Positions 39,601 through 54,955 of a stretch of 64,000 bases of DNA are shown piece after piece. Source of the DNA: Eledone cirrhosa (Eukaryota); NCBI GenBank assembly GCA_964016885.1, contig OZ024747.1:93620001-93684000 (forward strand), given 5' to 3'. Position 1 is the stretch's first letter, and the number at the start of each line of letters is the position of its first letter. The notes under the pieces are model-generated. The model was not told where the DNA came from. It ran no database searches and saw nothing but the letters and a program-made list of their open reading frames with translations. The position numbers and the translations under genes were made by a program.

Positions 39601-42600
39601 AACACTTTTCATGATCATACTTCTTATAAATACACAGGCTTTATGCTTCAATTGCATAGAGGAACTTACACAAAATTAGAGGGATTTGATAAAATAACTA
39701 ATTTTTTTTTCATTCATTTATTAGTATATTAACCCTTTTGATATCAACCCAGCCAAAACCAGCTTTGGTTCTATGATTAAAAAAAAAAAAAAAACATCCA
39801 TCTTAGAGGGTTTCTATTTAAATTAAAATCTTCCAACATAATTTTATATAAAAAAAACATATATGAAGTCACTATCTTAGTTATGAAATAATAATTTTAG
39901 TAAATCCCTCAAAAATCTTCATTTAGCAAAAGAGAGTATGCTTTATTAAAAATACAGTCAGGAAAAGGTTAAGCTGATGTTTGGAACACAACAAATGGTT
40001 CTTATATACAATGAAGCGTCATAACTTAAATATGAACACTTCAAAACAGGTAGTTTTATATAAAAGAAAACAAAAAGTGAGGCTTAGCAAGTTGTTATTA
40101 AAAAAGGATTCTATTTTGTCCTGCTCAAAAATATTTAGGATAAGGAAAACTTGTACATTTAACCTTCTGGAAGCTGAATTATTTAATGAATTGCTTCTCT
40201 TGGTACTGTATTAACTATTTAGGGGAGATTACTCTATCAGCGCATTCAGTCACCCACAGTGCCAAGAGGATTAAGTGAGGTAAAAGTGTATAGAAAACAA
40301 ATAACAAAAAAATGTTGCAGTGGGAAAAGTTTTAACAATAAAAGCTATTATGCCCCAGCAATATGTGCACAGTGTCTAAGTATTATTACATTTGTGGGGG
40401 TTTTTTCAAACAACTTTTGTTGGACAGATCCAGCTATCACCTGAGCCGCATCATGAAAATAATTCCACTATCTTCCTTTAGGGGGCTATAGTAGAAGAGG
40501 TCATGTGGTAGACATGACTGAAAGGTATGAAGATAGACACTTTCCTTTTCAATCATGCCCTCTTTGACTTTTTCAAGTTCCATTTGGAAAGAAAGGTAAA
40601 AATGAAAAGAGGGATGCTCTCTTGCAGTAACTTTGTTAAAAGGTGTGTATGACAGTGACAATAATGGCCCAGGTAAATGGTCTCACTCACATGGGCTTGT
40701 AAGCTGGATAATAACAAGTACAAGAGGTCACTTGTCTTTGGTAGCCAGGGCAATCCTGAAGCTGTGAGACTCCTTGATTGGCTTCACTCTCTGGAGACTG
40801 AATCATCAGACATTCATATATTGTGTATAGCTTTTCGTTTCATTTTATTTTCTTCATCCAATTTACATGTCTCTGTAATCTGACCATATAACCATGTCTC
40901 TGTAATCTGACCATATAACCAATTGACTAGGTTTACTTTGAATATAACACTCCATAATTTAATATATTTACAACTATTTAATATAGTCACAATGCAATAT
41001 AATGAAACATTAATCAGATGTGGTTTCAAAGAAATACTAGACTACATGATAATCACCCCCTTCTACAACAAGATGGCTAGAAATCTCTTGTCTGTCATAA
41101 GCAAAACCATTTTCCCTTCCATCAATAAATACCATAAGTCTTCAATAAGAATAATGTTAAAGCTAGTTTACTGTTGTTTGGAAAGTAATACATCCTAAAT
41201 ATCTCACCCCAACACAGACAATAGAAACAGAAACACCCTATTTCGATCATTGGGATACAATTGCAATGACATTTCATCCTATCCACTTAATGGCATATGT
41301 CTCACAAAAGTACTTGTGTATACTGCAAAAATTATATTTATAGATGGTACCCAAAAAAACCTATACAGGGTTTACAGCAGTGGCTGCCAACCTTTTGTGA
41401 ACCAAACCCCACCTCAACATCTCAAAAATTGTTATGCCCCCCCCCCCATCACCACCAAAGTGTAAACAAACTGGCGCATAGGTGGTGCCAGATGCACTAT
41501 CATGTGTGGAAAAGGTGAGAGAGGAGTTTCCGACAGTATTGTGTACCAAAACTGCCTTGGTGTAAAAGTAATAATATAAAACCTGAAGTTTGTTCTCATT
41601 AACATAACTTTCAAATTTCCCCCCGTCGGGCATGCACCCTACGTTGAGCATCCCTGGCTTACAGAGAACATTCAAAATGAAGCATACAGAGCACACTTGT
41701 TCCTTTAGATTGTAAGAAACTCCACCTCCCTTTCTCAATATATCAGAAAACTGAAAGGATGGTGGAATTTGACAACATTCCAATAAGACAGAGTTTTGTA
41801 AAAACTACAATCCCATCTTTCAACAAATTAAAAATATGCAATTTATGGCTGGCTGAGAAATGTAATGTATTGATGAAATATTTCAAGATGTTTAAAAATG
41901 TAAAATGTTGTCCATGTGTAGGCATAGGAACAATTACCTTCTTCTTTGCCCACTTATTCCTGAGAGGGTCGTTGGGGCAAAGTCTTCAAACACTCCCTCC
42001 AGCAGGTTCTGTCAGAAGCAACTGTCTCCAATTGATCCGGCTGAATCCCCAAGCGTGACCAGCCAAGCTCATGGATGTTATCCAACCATCTTGCTCGGGG
42101 GTCTACCCCTGGGTCTCCTGCCAGTTGGTTTTACCCATAAAATCTTTCCAGCAATTCTTTCCTGAGACATTTTAACCACATGCCCATGCTGTAATCTATC
42201 AATTCGAATTCCAATTACAGACCAGGTAGCCACCCCTACTTCCACCCAATATTGACCATTGGCCACAAGTACCCTGCAACATCAACATAGCAGTAATTTT
42301 CCTCTATATATTGTGAACTTGACTATTGCCAACTACCACATTATAGTAATTTCCCTCATTCATACAATGGACAAGTAAATTGATTTTTTTTCTGCAGCTC
42401 TCTAACTTCATATTGTTGTGTTCCCAACATCACACCCTAAACATTATTTACCTGACTAAAACTGACAAATAATTTGACAGGTTTCCATTTTCTTGAATCC
42501 CTTAAACAAGTTCACTGTAAACACGGTTGGTGTTAGGAAGGGCATCTAGTTGTAAAAATTCCTGCTAAAATACAGTTCCGTTTGAGCAACGTACGGCGCG

Positions 42601-45600
42601 GCCAACTGGCCTGACTTGTCTCATAACGTAGACAACCCATCTAACCCATGCAAGCATAGAAAATAAGACATTAAACAATGGTGGTGGTGATGATGATGAT
42701 TAAGTTCACTAATTCCTCCTTTTGCTTCTTGAAGTATTGAACATAGCAAGAACCTTTAATTTGCAACAGAGTGAATCATCAGCTTTGAATTAATAAATAA
42801 ACTCTACTATATTATTGAGGACTCTTCTTCCTATTTATACATCCAAACATATACCACCTGCATCCACCTGGTTTCGCACTATATATGAACAGAGACCATA
42901 GAGCTAAAAATGGAACAATATCTCATTTACTCCACGAAGAACATCACAACACCATAGAAGATGTCCACATGAAGTGCCTCATCAAGAAAACAGAAACTAT
43001 TATCAAGTGTATCAAGTGGATAGCCTACTTCTTTGAATGTATTTTCATCATATTTTGGATAGCAGAAACTAATTTCTTACATTGATACAGACCACACAAA
43101 TAGTCAACATAATCAAAGACAAAGTCAATTCTAAGGCCTGTAATTGGGAGGGAGGACAATTAACCCTATAGTTACCAAAATCGGTTCTCGTTCTATGAAA
43201 TAAAACTACCCATTTTAAAGGTTTCCACTTAAAATCTTCCAACATAAATGTATACAAGAACCTTTATATTAAGTTACTATCTTAGTAATGAAATAATTAA
43301 TAATTTTAGTAAATCCCTCAAAATTCTTCATTAATTAATTAACTGAAATAGAGTATATTTCATTAAAAATACAGCCATGAAAGGGTTAAATTGACCACAA
43401 TACTTGACTGGTACTTTATTTCATCAACTGCAAAAGAATGAAAGGCAAAGAATATAAAAAATGTGAATCTAAACTATAATAAAGTAAGGAGCGCGGGACT
43501 GTGTACGGTTTATAATTTGTTATCCCATTTAGTAAAATAAGTTGGATTACTTTGAATAAATAACGAATGAATATTACATAATTTATCTACTAAATTTTGT
43601 GGCTTTTGATTAAATATATTTTGTTTATTTAAAGATTCACTTCTTTAAAATTTCTGAAATGTCAACACTTCCGGTTGGCCATCGCTTAAATAAACATACT
43701 AATTTTCTGTCACTAATTTTCTCCTAATGCAGTTTATATATAATATCGTCTTTTTTAATGTATCATGGATTACGTTATTGATTAAATAAGACAGTGTAAC
43801 GCAGTCTTCGTTCAATTTCTATGTATTATATATTGTCAATTACAATTTTATTTGATGTATCATATCTACATGTATATATACCTGCATATAATATCAATAT
43901 ACACACTACACATGCTAGCAGAAAAACCACCTTTCGGGTGGTTTTTCTGCTAGTAATAATAATGATTTCTACTATAGGCACAAGGCCAGCAATTTAGGGA
44001 GAGGGGTGGGGGGTGTCAATTAAATCGACCCCCAGTGTATGATTGGTACTTTATTTTATTGACCCTGTAAGGATGAAAGGCAAAGCTAAGCTCATCGCGA
44101 TTTAAATTCAACATAAAGGGCCATAACTCTATGCTGCAAAACATGGTGTCCAACGCTCTACCAATACCGCCAATCCACTGCCCTTATAATAATAACAACA
44201 ATAATAATAATGATTTCTTTAATGGCCACAAGGGTTGACATTAAGAAAAACATTAATAACAATAATAATAATTTCAAGGCCAATTTAATGGGTGATGAAA
44301 CTAGGGTCAATTCAATTAACTCCAATATATTGACCCCCAATTGAATATGAACTTAAAAGATAGAAGGGTAAAATTAAATAGTGTAAAGTAGTTAACATGA
44401 CACTTTACATTCCTGTCATTCTCACTACTTTTAATAACACTAATTGTGATAATAACATCCCCCCTCCCTCACACAATCAATGCTAATTCTATAAAGTCAG
44501 GAATATTGTATTGATGAAATAAGATATTTCTTTAATATTATTTTATTATTCCACCATCAGAAAGAAGTGTGCAAAAGGTCATCATTAGGGAACAGACTAA
44601 TGCAGCTTATAACTAAATACCATGAAGCAATTAATACAGCTTTATAGAGGTATTTTTATTTTTATTTTGTCTGTATATTTGTATGTATGTGTGTGTGTAT
44701 GTATGTGTTCCACCTCAATTGCTTTGCTCTATGTCAAATAATGGTTTCTGATTCAGGCACAAGGCCAGCAATTTTGGGGGAGGGGAAAGTTGACCCTAGT
44801 GCATTACTGGTACTTTATTTTATCGACCCCGTAAAGATGAAAGGCAAAGCTAATAATAATAATTGTTTCTAGTTTTGGCACAAGGCCAGCAATTATCCCA
44901 GTGCATACTGGTACTTTATTTTATTGACCCCGTAAGGATGAAAGGTAAAGTTAACCTCGGCGAGATTTGAACCCAGACCAGAAAGGGCCATAACTCTATG
45001 ATGCAAAGCATGGTGTCCGATCCTCTGCTGATACTACTAATCCACCAGCAAAGTTAATAATAATAATAATAATGGTTTCTGATTTAGGCACAAGGCCAAC
45101 AATTTTGAGGGGAAAGGGAAAGTTGATTAAATCGACCCCAGTGTGTGACTGGTGCTTTATTTTATCAACCCTGTAAAGATGAAAGGCAAAACTAACCTCG
45201 GTAAAATTTGTACTCAGAACGTACAGGGCCATAACTCCATGTCGCAAAGCAGGATGCCCAACGCTCTACCAATACTGCTAAAAAATTTGAACTCAGAATT
45301 TAACTTAAGAGCCAGAACAAATTCGACAATGGCATTTTATCCGACGCCTGACCAATCCTGCCAATTCGCTACCTTTTTGTCAAATAATAATGGTTTCTGA
45401 TTTAGGCACAAGGCCAACAACTTTGAGGGGAGGGAAAAGTCAATTAAATCAACCGTAGTGCAATACTAGTGCTTTATTTGATTGACCCCGTAAGGATGAA
45501 AGGCAAAGCTAACTTTGGCAGAATTTGAACACATAAAAGGCCATAATTCTATGCCACAAAGCATGTTGTCAGACACTCTACCAATACAGCCAATCAACTG

Positions 45601-48600
45601 TCCTAATAATGTTTCTAGCCTAGACCCAAAGCCAGAAGTTGGTGGAGGGGGGCGGGTGGGGGTTGTATTAGATCAACCCTAGTACTTGACAGGTACTTTA
45701 TTTCACCCACCCCAGAAGGATCAAATGCAATGTTGACATTAACAGGATTTGAACAAGGAATGTAAAGAGCCAGAAGAATAATTTCTAACATAAGCCTTCT
45801 TCTTCACCCACTTATTTCTGAGAGGGTCATGGGAGCAAAGTCCTCAAACACTCCATCCAGTGAGTCATGTCCAGCCAGGCTCATGGATGTTATCCAACCA
45901 TCTTGTTCGAGGTCTACCTCTGGGTCTCCTGCCAGTTGGTTTTGCCCATAAAATCTGTCCAACGATTCATTCCTGAGACATTCTAACCACATGCCCATAG
46001 TATCAGAGCTGTGATCTCTGGATTTGGAGAAGTAGTGGCTCTACCTGGAGCGACTCTCTGATCTCCGAGCTACACACTCTATCGAGTAACGTTACTCCAA
46101 AGACCCTTCAGAGGAACCCCATTTCAGCCACATGTATTCGTGATTCAATTGAGTCAACCTGAGGCTACGGTAAATAACACTTACTGAATCACACCTAAGA
46201 CATAATAATTGCAAAGCAAACACCTTAGACATCTGACCATGCTGTATCTTTGATTGACAATATTTAATCCAAGAGAGAATGCAAACAATTGTTATTATTA
46301 ATTGGCAGTATCGGTAGAGGGTCTGACGCCATGCTTTGCAGCAAAGAGTTACGGCCCTTTATGTTCTGAGTTCAAATCCCGCCGAGGTTAACTTTGCCTT
46401 TCATCCTTACGGGGTCGATAAAATAAAGTACCAGTAATGCACTGGGATAAATGCTGGCCTTGTGCCAAAAGTAGAAACAATTATTAGTTGTAAAATTAAT
46501 GAGATAGAGTATCAGTAAATAAATGATGGTAGACTTTCATACATAACAGTACACATTGTTATGAAAGCTAACCTCGGCAAGATTTGACTCAGAACGTAAA
46601 GGGTGGTGGATTGTCAGCATTGGACAACATGCTTCGTGGCATAGAGTTATGACTCAATGTTCTGGGTCCAAATCCCGCTGAGGTTATTTTTGCCTTTCAT
46701 CCTTACGGGGTCGATGAAATAAAGCACTGGTAATGCACCGGGGTTAATTTGATTTTCCCTTCCCTTAAAATCATTGGCCTTGTGCCTCAGAAACCATTAT
46801 TATGAAATAATTATTTCAAACCACAGGATTGAGAAGAATGCATTGTTGATTTAATTGACTTCTAGTACTTAACTGGTACAGATTTTGATACAGGAAAATG
46901 AAAGCCCAAAGACTACTCTCTGGGAAGATTTGAACAGACGTAAATGAAGCTAAATAACTATATCATCATCATCACTTTTACGTCAACTTCTCTATGTTAG
47001 CATGGGTTGGATGGGACTTTTTGAGGCAATGTTTTTCAGCCAGCCAGATGTCCTTTCTGACACTAACCCTTTTAGTCCCTTCAGAGGACACAGTGTACCA
47101 ATTTTAAACTGGATCCATACACCATATATAGAGCAATTTGGTAAAGACTAGCCAAAGTTGAGAGAACATTTAACCTGTGGAATGGGTTGTGACGTATTAG
47201 ATATTTATTTCATTATGCTATCATTTAGGAACAATTGTTTCTTTGACTGCCTATATTCAGATTTTTCCTGAGACAGGTCTCAAATCATCAGCCTATATTG
47301 ACACCACTTTGTAATGGCTATGTTCTTTTCCTTCAAGTATGAAAGAGTTCCAAAAAAGAAGTAGAAAGAGTAATATATACATAATGAGAGATGTTTTAGA
47401 TATAGTCTCAAGCAATTCTACCAACCACTGTTCTTTGCCAATCAATGATTTGTCATGTCTGCATACGACCATATACTTGGAGATGGGTAACGATGACTGA
47501 ATCAACCACAAAAAATGTCTGCTACCTATTGTGGAGGCGCATGGCCTAGTGGTAAGGGTGTTGGACTTACAATCATAATGTTGTGGGTTCGATTCCTGGG
47601 TTGGGTTGCATGTTGTGTTCTTGAGCAAAAAACCTCATTTCAAGTTGCTCCAGTATATGAACTCAGCTGAAAATGAGTAGCAGCAAAATCACAGGTTAAC
47701 CCTGTGATGGACTGGCAGAATGAGGAAACCTCTGTGAGAGTTGCTAGACATAAAAACCAAATCGCCCTCAAATTATACACCTTATGGTCTTAAAAGAAGG
47801 ACACATTGAATAATGTTGCCCCTAGATTGGAATGCTTTTTATCATAGATTTTCTCAGTCAGGGCTGGCGTACAATAACACAACAACAAGCTAATGCTAAT
47901 CGAACTACTAATAGCCAAATTCCCTCAACTCACAGCAAACTGACTTTAAAACAACAAAACACATTTGACGATGTCCTAAATATACAAAAGGAAACGATGG
48001 TCAGGATGGACTTGTGACTAAACAAGTAAAACTGAGATGAACCACCAGAGAAGTCTCTTCACAATTATTCAACCCTCTAGAAACAGCAACAAAGTTTCCT
48101 ATAAATCCCACCACCTTGCAGGATTGAACTGAGGATAAACAAAAAGTTAGGAGACATTGGATAATATAGTCCTAATTACACTATGCCTGGGTGATGAACA
48201 TGGAGCAGCAGAGAAGGTTGGAAAGAACAAAAATAAAAATGGTGTGGTGAATGAGTGAAGTATCACTGAGAAGGTGAAAGACAAACAATGAATTGCAGAT
48301 GATGATGGAAATAGAGTCAGTGGTAGATGTTGTGAAGAGAAATGGAATTAGATGGTTGGGTCATGTGTTGAAGTAAGATGAAAGTGACTGAGTGAGAGGA
48401 GTGCTGGAAATGAATGTGGAAGGATGCAAAGAAAGAAGAAAACCAAGAAAAACATGGCTAAAGATGATGGAAGGGGAAATGAAAGCCAGGGCTTGAGTGG
48501 GGATGCTGAAAATATGTCAAAATGGAGAAGCTTGTCATGGGACCTGCTTTAGCAAAGAAAATGGCTTTAAAACACTTGTTGCTATTACACTATATCAGAA

Positions 48601-51600
48601 AAAATGGGATTGTCACAACTAGAATGCCTTTGATGATTAATATGCACAAACAGTGCTCACTTGGAGTTAACAAGAACTAAAATACAGAAGCAAAAAACAA
48701 AAGCTAAAGAGTATTAAGAATTCAAGCATGAAATTTAATTTTCAAAATATAATTTTTCATCAACTTTAGGGTGTGGCATTCTGATGAAATGTATTCTCTA
48801 ACATGAGAGAGAGATAGTCCAAAAACGTTTGGGAAACTGCTAGATAAATAGTTAACTATGATACTAATAAAATTTAGAATGGTGTGCCAACTTCTTTAGT
48901 AGAGACAGCTAAAATGTTGAGAAGAGTATTATTGGCAGAGTTATAGTGGCAAACTGACAGGGTCATTAGAACAAGACTAGCCTTGTGATATTTGTTCTGG
49001 TTCAAATCCTGCCAAAATCAACTTTGTATTTCATGTTTTCAGAGTCGATAAAATAAAATGCTAGTTCAGGATAGTGGGTTAGTGCAATTGTTAGACAGTT
49101 TGATGAAATACCTTGTAGTACTTGTTCTGAGTTCAAATCCCGCTTTGGCCTACTTGGGTAGTAAATTTAATTCATCATTCAATTTAACTAACAGCACCAC
49201 CTGGCTCTTGGGTGCCTTTAAGAAAGTCTATTCTGCTAAAAACATTCATGCCAGGTCTTCAGTTGGAGGATATTTTTCTGATCACTACCACCCCTCCCAA
49301 TCTCAGAAGTTCAGAAATGGGGTCATGGGCATTAACCTCCCTTCCTTTTCTAACTAAAGTGTAAAAAAAAAATATTAAATATTTAGTGCAAGCACCAATG
49401 TCTATGATAGAGCAGCTGCTATACACATACAAACATATTTAAACTTCTCATAAAAGGCCATCTAAGTGATTGACAAATCTACACTCAGTAACATATTGTA
49501 AACACTAGTCCTCTACTAATGTGATGTATCTCATAACAGGTCATCTAACTGATTGACAAATCTTCACTCAGTAATATATTGTAAACACTAGTCCTCTATT
49601 AATGTGATGTATCTTATAAAAGGTCATCTAAGTAATTGACAAATCTTCACTCAGTAATATATTGTAAAGAGTAGTCTTATACTAATGTGATGTATCCTCT
49701 TATCTCTTCTGTCACTGCTGCTACAATAATTCCTGCTTCTCTGATCTAGCAATCTATGTACCACCTGGTTCACATGCCTTCTCTCCAACCATGTCTCATA
49801 TGCAAAACATCTGCACAAAACACTTCACCTTACATTTTTATTCCCACATTGACCTCAACCAATCTTCAAAAGGCTATGTTCTTCCTTCCTGGCCTGGACT
49901 AAAATGTAAATAAATAAAAAAATTAGCAATTTCATTGGGACCCAAATATGCTTTAATTCTCCCCTAGATAAAACAATCTCCTATATAAGATCTCGATACT
50001 GAGACAGGATCATAAGGAATAATGAACAATGTAGAAATCTCTTGTATACCAACAATCAATTTTCTAAGGGTGTGTAACCAATTGCATTGGTCCTAGTACA
50101 TTATAGAGGCTTATTTCATTGAAATCCAGGCAGAATGAAATGCTAAACCATTTATAATAGATTTTAACTCAAAAGCAAGAAGCACCAAACTAGAGTGTTT
50201 AATCCGATATATTATCGTCTGTGCCACATCTAATAAAAGACTTTAAATATGCTTCAATGACTTCATTCTTCGTTCAAGATTTCCAGTCAACTATCTGCTT
50301 TTGGTAAATATAGCACAGCAAAGTCTAGCCATGCGCACTCATGTTTGGTTTATTTATTTATTTATTTATTTATTTTTCGTTGATATATATATATATATAT
50401 ATATAGTAATTTTATGAATATTTAATACGTCCCTATGTTTATTATATGGCTTGAAGAATCACATTGAATCAATTTGTGAAATATGCTAAACCCAGACAAA
50501 TTACACTGTCTGAGAAAGTTTACGATTTTTTACGAGGGTGTATGAAGTGTCAAAGTTTAACGTTTTTCTAATTAAAAAAGTGTCTGGCTTTTGTTTATTT
50601 ATATTTGATATGTGTCAGGCCTTTTTTTTTCTAATAAAAAAAAGTGTTCAGTTTTATTGTTCCCACTAAAAAGATGCTAGGCCTTAATTTTTTTTATATA
50701 TTAGAAGCAAACTAAAATTAGCCAAATTTAGTATGCATTTCTATACATACTATAATAATATCACTATCGGTCGGTGAAATCTAACCAGGGTTTCCGATTT
50801 ACGAATAGCTTCAAGTTGCTTTGCGAAACTGGCTTCACTATATTATCTATAATCTGGAGAAATCTGCTAGAACACATTAAAAATAATTACATAAACCTCA
50901 AATGATTCTATCAGTATTGTTGGGGGAAGGTAGTCCAGGTTACCTCTAATCAACCAGACCAATGGTCCATCCGTAGTAGGTGGAATAAACCAGGTGTGAT
51001 CCACAGACACAGTGATCTAGAGTACATAGGGTACACTTCTAGTGACACCTATACATGGTTGTTTGACCTGCTAAAAATACGTCAAGACGGGCGGTGCCTA
51101 ATATACTATTGGTGTTAGTGCTGATAATGTTGGTGTTGTGGTTGGTTTAGTTAGTGATGTCCTTATTGATGTGTGGTGTTACAGGTAAATTTGATTGTTT
51201 GTGATAATGATCACGGTGTCGATATTGAGTTCCAAGCAGTCTTATGATTAAAGACGTTCCAGCTATGACCATACCGTCTTTTTGTATATCTAGCATTACA
51301 TTGTCCAATGTGTTTTCTTTTAGAGTAGGTTTTGATTTGAGAAATATTTGGTTTCTATTTTTAGCAGGTCAAACAACCATGTATAGGTGTCACTAGAAGT
51401 GTACCCTATGTACTCTAGATCACTGTGTCTGTGGATCACACCTGGTTTATTCCACCTACTACGGATGGACCATTGGTCTGGTTGATTAGAGGTAACCTGG
51501 ACGGCATACGTCAAGACGGGCGGTCTCAAAAGTGAAACTAATTTTACGATTGTGAATTTGTTTGTTTTTTTTACAACAGGTCTCAATAGTAAAAGTATAA

Positions 51601-54600
51601 TGCAGACACACGCAATTGTATGGATTTCTTAATATATATAATAGACGTATATATATGTTTGTGTGTATATATGTGTTTGTGTGTATATATGTGTTTGTGT
51701 GTATATATATATGTGTGTGTGTGTATATATATATGTGGCCACATACACATATATATATATACAGACACATATATATACACACAAACACATATATACACAC
51801 AAACATATATATACGTCTAAACCCATGCTTGCGTGGAAGATAGACGTTAAACGCTGATGACACAAACACATATATATATATACAAACACACATCATCACA
51901 CATATATATATATATATATACATACACACACATATATATACACACATATACACACCCACACATATATATATATTAAAGAAATCCATACAATTGCGTAAAA
52001 AAACAAACAAATTCACAATCGTAAAATTAGTTTCACTTTTGAGACCGCCCGTCTTGACGTATGCCAGTATATTATTAGGTCAGTCATAGAAATATGCTAA
52101 GATTGGCTTGGATCCATAGCTTTTCTGTCAAACCACAACAAACAACAAAATTAAATCAACGCTCGTGGCCACAATCGCTTGCAACTCGACACAACTACAA
52201 GTCCAATTATTTTGTAAACATCGCAACCTATTTAAAAAAATGCCAGAAGAAAATACAATACTAAAGTTTAAACTTTTCCCCTACACTCACACAATGCATA
52301 AAAATAGCTCTCGGGTCTTGAATAATCGTCGCCACTCTTCCCTCTACTTATTAATATTTCAGATTTATCCAACCACCCCCACTTATTAAATTTTACTAAT
52401 CAATCTCCGGTGAAATTTTATTTTAAGTGGTATCATTCCTAATTAACTTTCTTTATACATAAAAAAAAACAGTATATATGACAAAAAAAAAACATTACTA
52501 GAAATTCCGTATTATTAAATAAATAGGACGGGTTGAGGTCTCAATATGTAAACTAAACGATTAATTGTGTTGTTTTTTTTTTAAATATCAACGGAGAGAA
52601 CCGAGAAAAATTACCCTCCTGCTTATTCCAAGCCCCCATCGCCTATTATTTGGGACCCGAAAGTATTCTCTATTGGTTTGGAAACCACCCAATAGCAGTT
52701 ACAACATATTTTCTACTGATTTGGAAACCACCATCAGTAAAAACTGAAGTCAAACTACCACACAACGCCTAGAACCACCCTACCAAGCAACCTTCGCTAC
52801 GATCAGTGTCTAAATTTCCAGACATAACAAATCAAGCTGAACCTACAGACTTTAATGTGTGTGTGTGTTGTAACATTTCCAAAACTGACACAACACTGCA
52901 CTCCCCCACACCACTAGCGGCAGTATGTTGTAATATGGAACAGGGTTCCAGACAACTGAAATATGCCATATCAAATGTGGTGCTGAACCTTTGCATGGCG
53001 CATAGAAATGTGCAATCGACTGATTTTCTGCCTTCTTCGATTGATCTGTTCGACCGGCACTAATTAGATTCACATTTCAAACAAAACAATACCATACCAT
53101 ACCATCATCACCACTACTACTACTACTCGGTTGTGTATAATATAAACTATGAAAGACATGAATATCACAACTTCCTGTTTTCTTTCTCGTATAAGTATTA
53201 GGCTTATACTAAGAATTAATATAAGTGGGGGGAAGATATTATTATCATTATTACACGGATTTATAAAGTGTGAAGTTGTAACATTCATGCTTTTCTCAAG
53301 GTCATTAGCAAAGCAAATTATACATATATAAAACAGACACTGACTGGCGAGTGTGTGAGGGGCGAGGCGTAAATAAAACGAAATAGAAGGAGAGAAGGAA
53401 GAGAGGAAAATGATTAGAACAAAAGTAAGTGAGGTGAAGATAGAAAAGGCAGCCAAAAAAAAAAAACATTAGCTCATGGCGGAAGAAGGGAGGCAAAAAA
53501 CTCCATCATAACAAACTGCAAACAACATAAACAGTCAGTGGATTCCTTTGCTTGCAGTCTAAGTTAGCACTAGGCAACTGGCGGTATTATAGTATGATGG
53601 TAGGGTGGTGCTGGGAATATATATATATACAGATCAAAACCCATGTCTAGCTTGCATGTGGTTGAGTAATACCAAAACAGACAAGGGAAAGGAGAGAGAA
53701 GTGTAAAAACTAACGTCTACGAAGCAATCACCATGGCAAAACTTAATAATAGCAATAATAATAATATAAAAGAGAAGAAAAAGAAATGGGAGAGGGAAAC
53801 AGTGAATATGTAAGTCAACCGAATAAACCAGACAATTCATCGCCTTCTTTCATTGCAGAACTAAATCTATGAATAATAACATGTGACCGTTGACTGCTGC
53901 AAGAGAAAAATAATAACAGAAAGAGGTTTAAAACATTGTATTAGCGAACGTACCAAGCGACCAATCTCCCTTTCTTCCCTGAAAATATGAAACCCTTAGC
54001 TTTGCTACAAACATGTAAATTACAAAATTAATAATAGGAAAGTCCTTTAAAAAAGAGCTAGTCGGAACCTTCATTTCTTGCGTAATAAAGTTTTTAAAAA
54101 AGCTGGTTTGAAAACAGAAGGCCCTTAATACAAAACAACTCGTTTATTTTCCTGTCTTTTACAACGAAACAAAATAAATGTTGTGTCGACGAGAGAGAAA
54201 ATAATGAAAACAAAGGCACAAACAACATTTGAAATTGATGTTTAGTTGGCGTATGATAGAAAAAAACGAAGCAACAACCGTCATGAGTAATAATGTTAGT
54301 TTCGTTAGCTAACCACACCAGACCATCATTCCATGTTTGCAAAATAGCACACAAACAACAACCTTGGTTAGAATTGAATATAGAATAGAAATGAGACGGT
54401 TAGGGAGAAAAAAAGAGGTTAAAGAACGGGAAAGATGAGCTGTTTAATGTGAATGTTTCTTAGCTTCTCCCAATTGAAACCAAAACAACTTCATGCTACG
54501 CCAACTGTAAACTTGATCAACTGTATCCATATGCACATCAGTAAAATACAGCTACACAGACGTATAAACTCGCTTATATGTGTGTGTGTATTATATAAAT

Positions 54601-54914
54601 ATATATATATATAAATTTTATAATTTTGAGTGTATTTGTGTGTGTGCATGTATGTATTATATGTATTTATAGGTACCTGCTCCTAAATAGTTTGTCGATG
54701 TGCATACGAATGCAGTTGTGCAGCTTCAAGTTGGATTTTGTTGAAATCATCAGAAACTTACACACATAGTTGCAACCTTGTTTATATATGTATGGGTGTG
54801 TGTATATATACCATTTTTCTTTTTCAATAAGCTTATACCAAAACATTTTCGCTAGTTCGGAAAAATACACACATATCTATTTATATATATAGAGAGAGAG
54901 AGATAGACAGATAG

Positions 54915-54955
<41 letters not shown>

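Noticed and set aside
43915-43953. Rho-independent terminator
   Set aside because: Eukaryotic context; better explained as a Helitron 3' hairpin
47531-47605. tRNA genes
   Set aside because: A/B boxes run straight into SINE bodies and the acceptor stems do not close
49446-49696. 83-bp repeat as CRISPR or tRNA array
   Set aside because: No spacers and no cloverleaf or A/B boxes; plain minisatellite
51486-52016. Long ORFs of 60-176 aa, also 382-600, 11823-12377, 25206-25500
   Set aside because: Translations of microsatellite or low-complexity DNA
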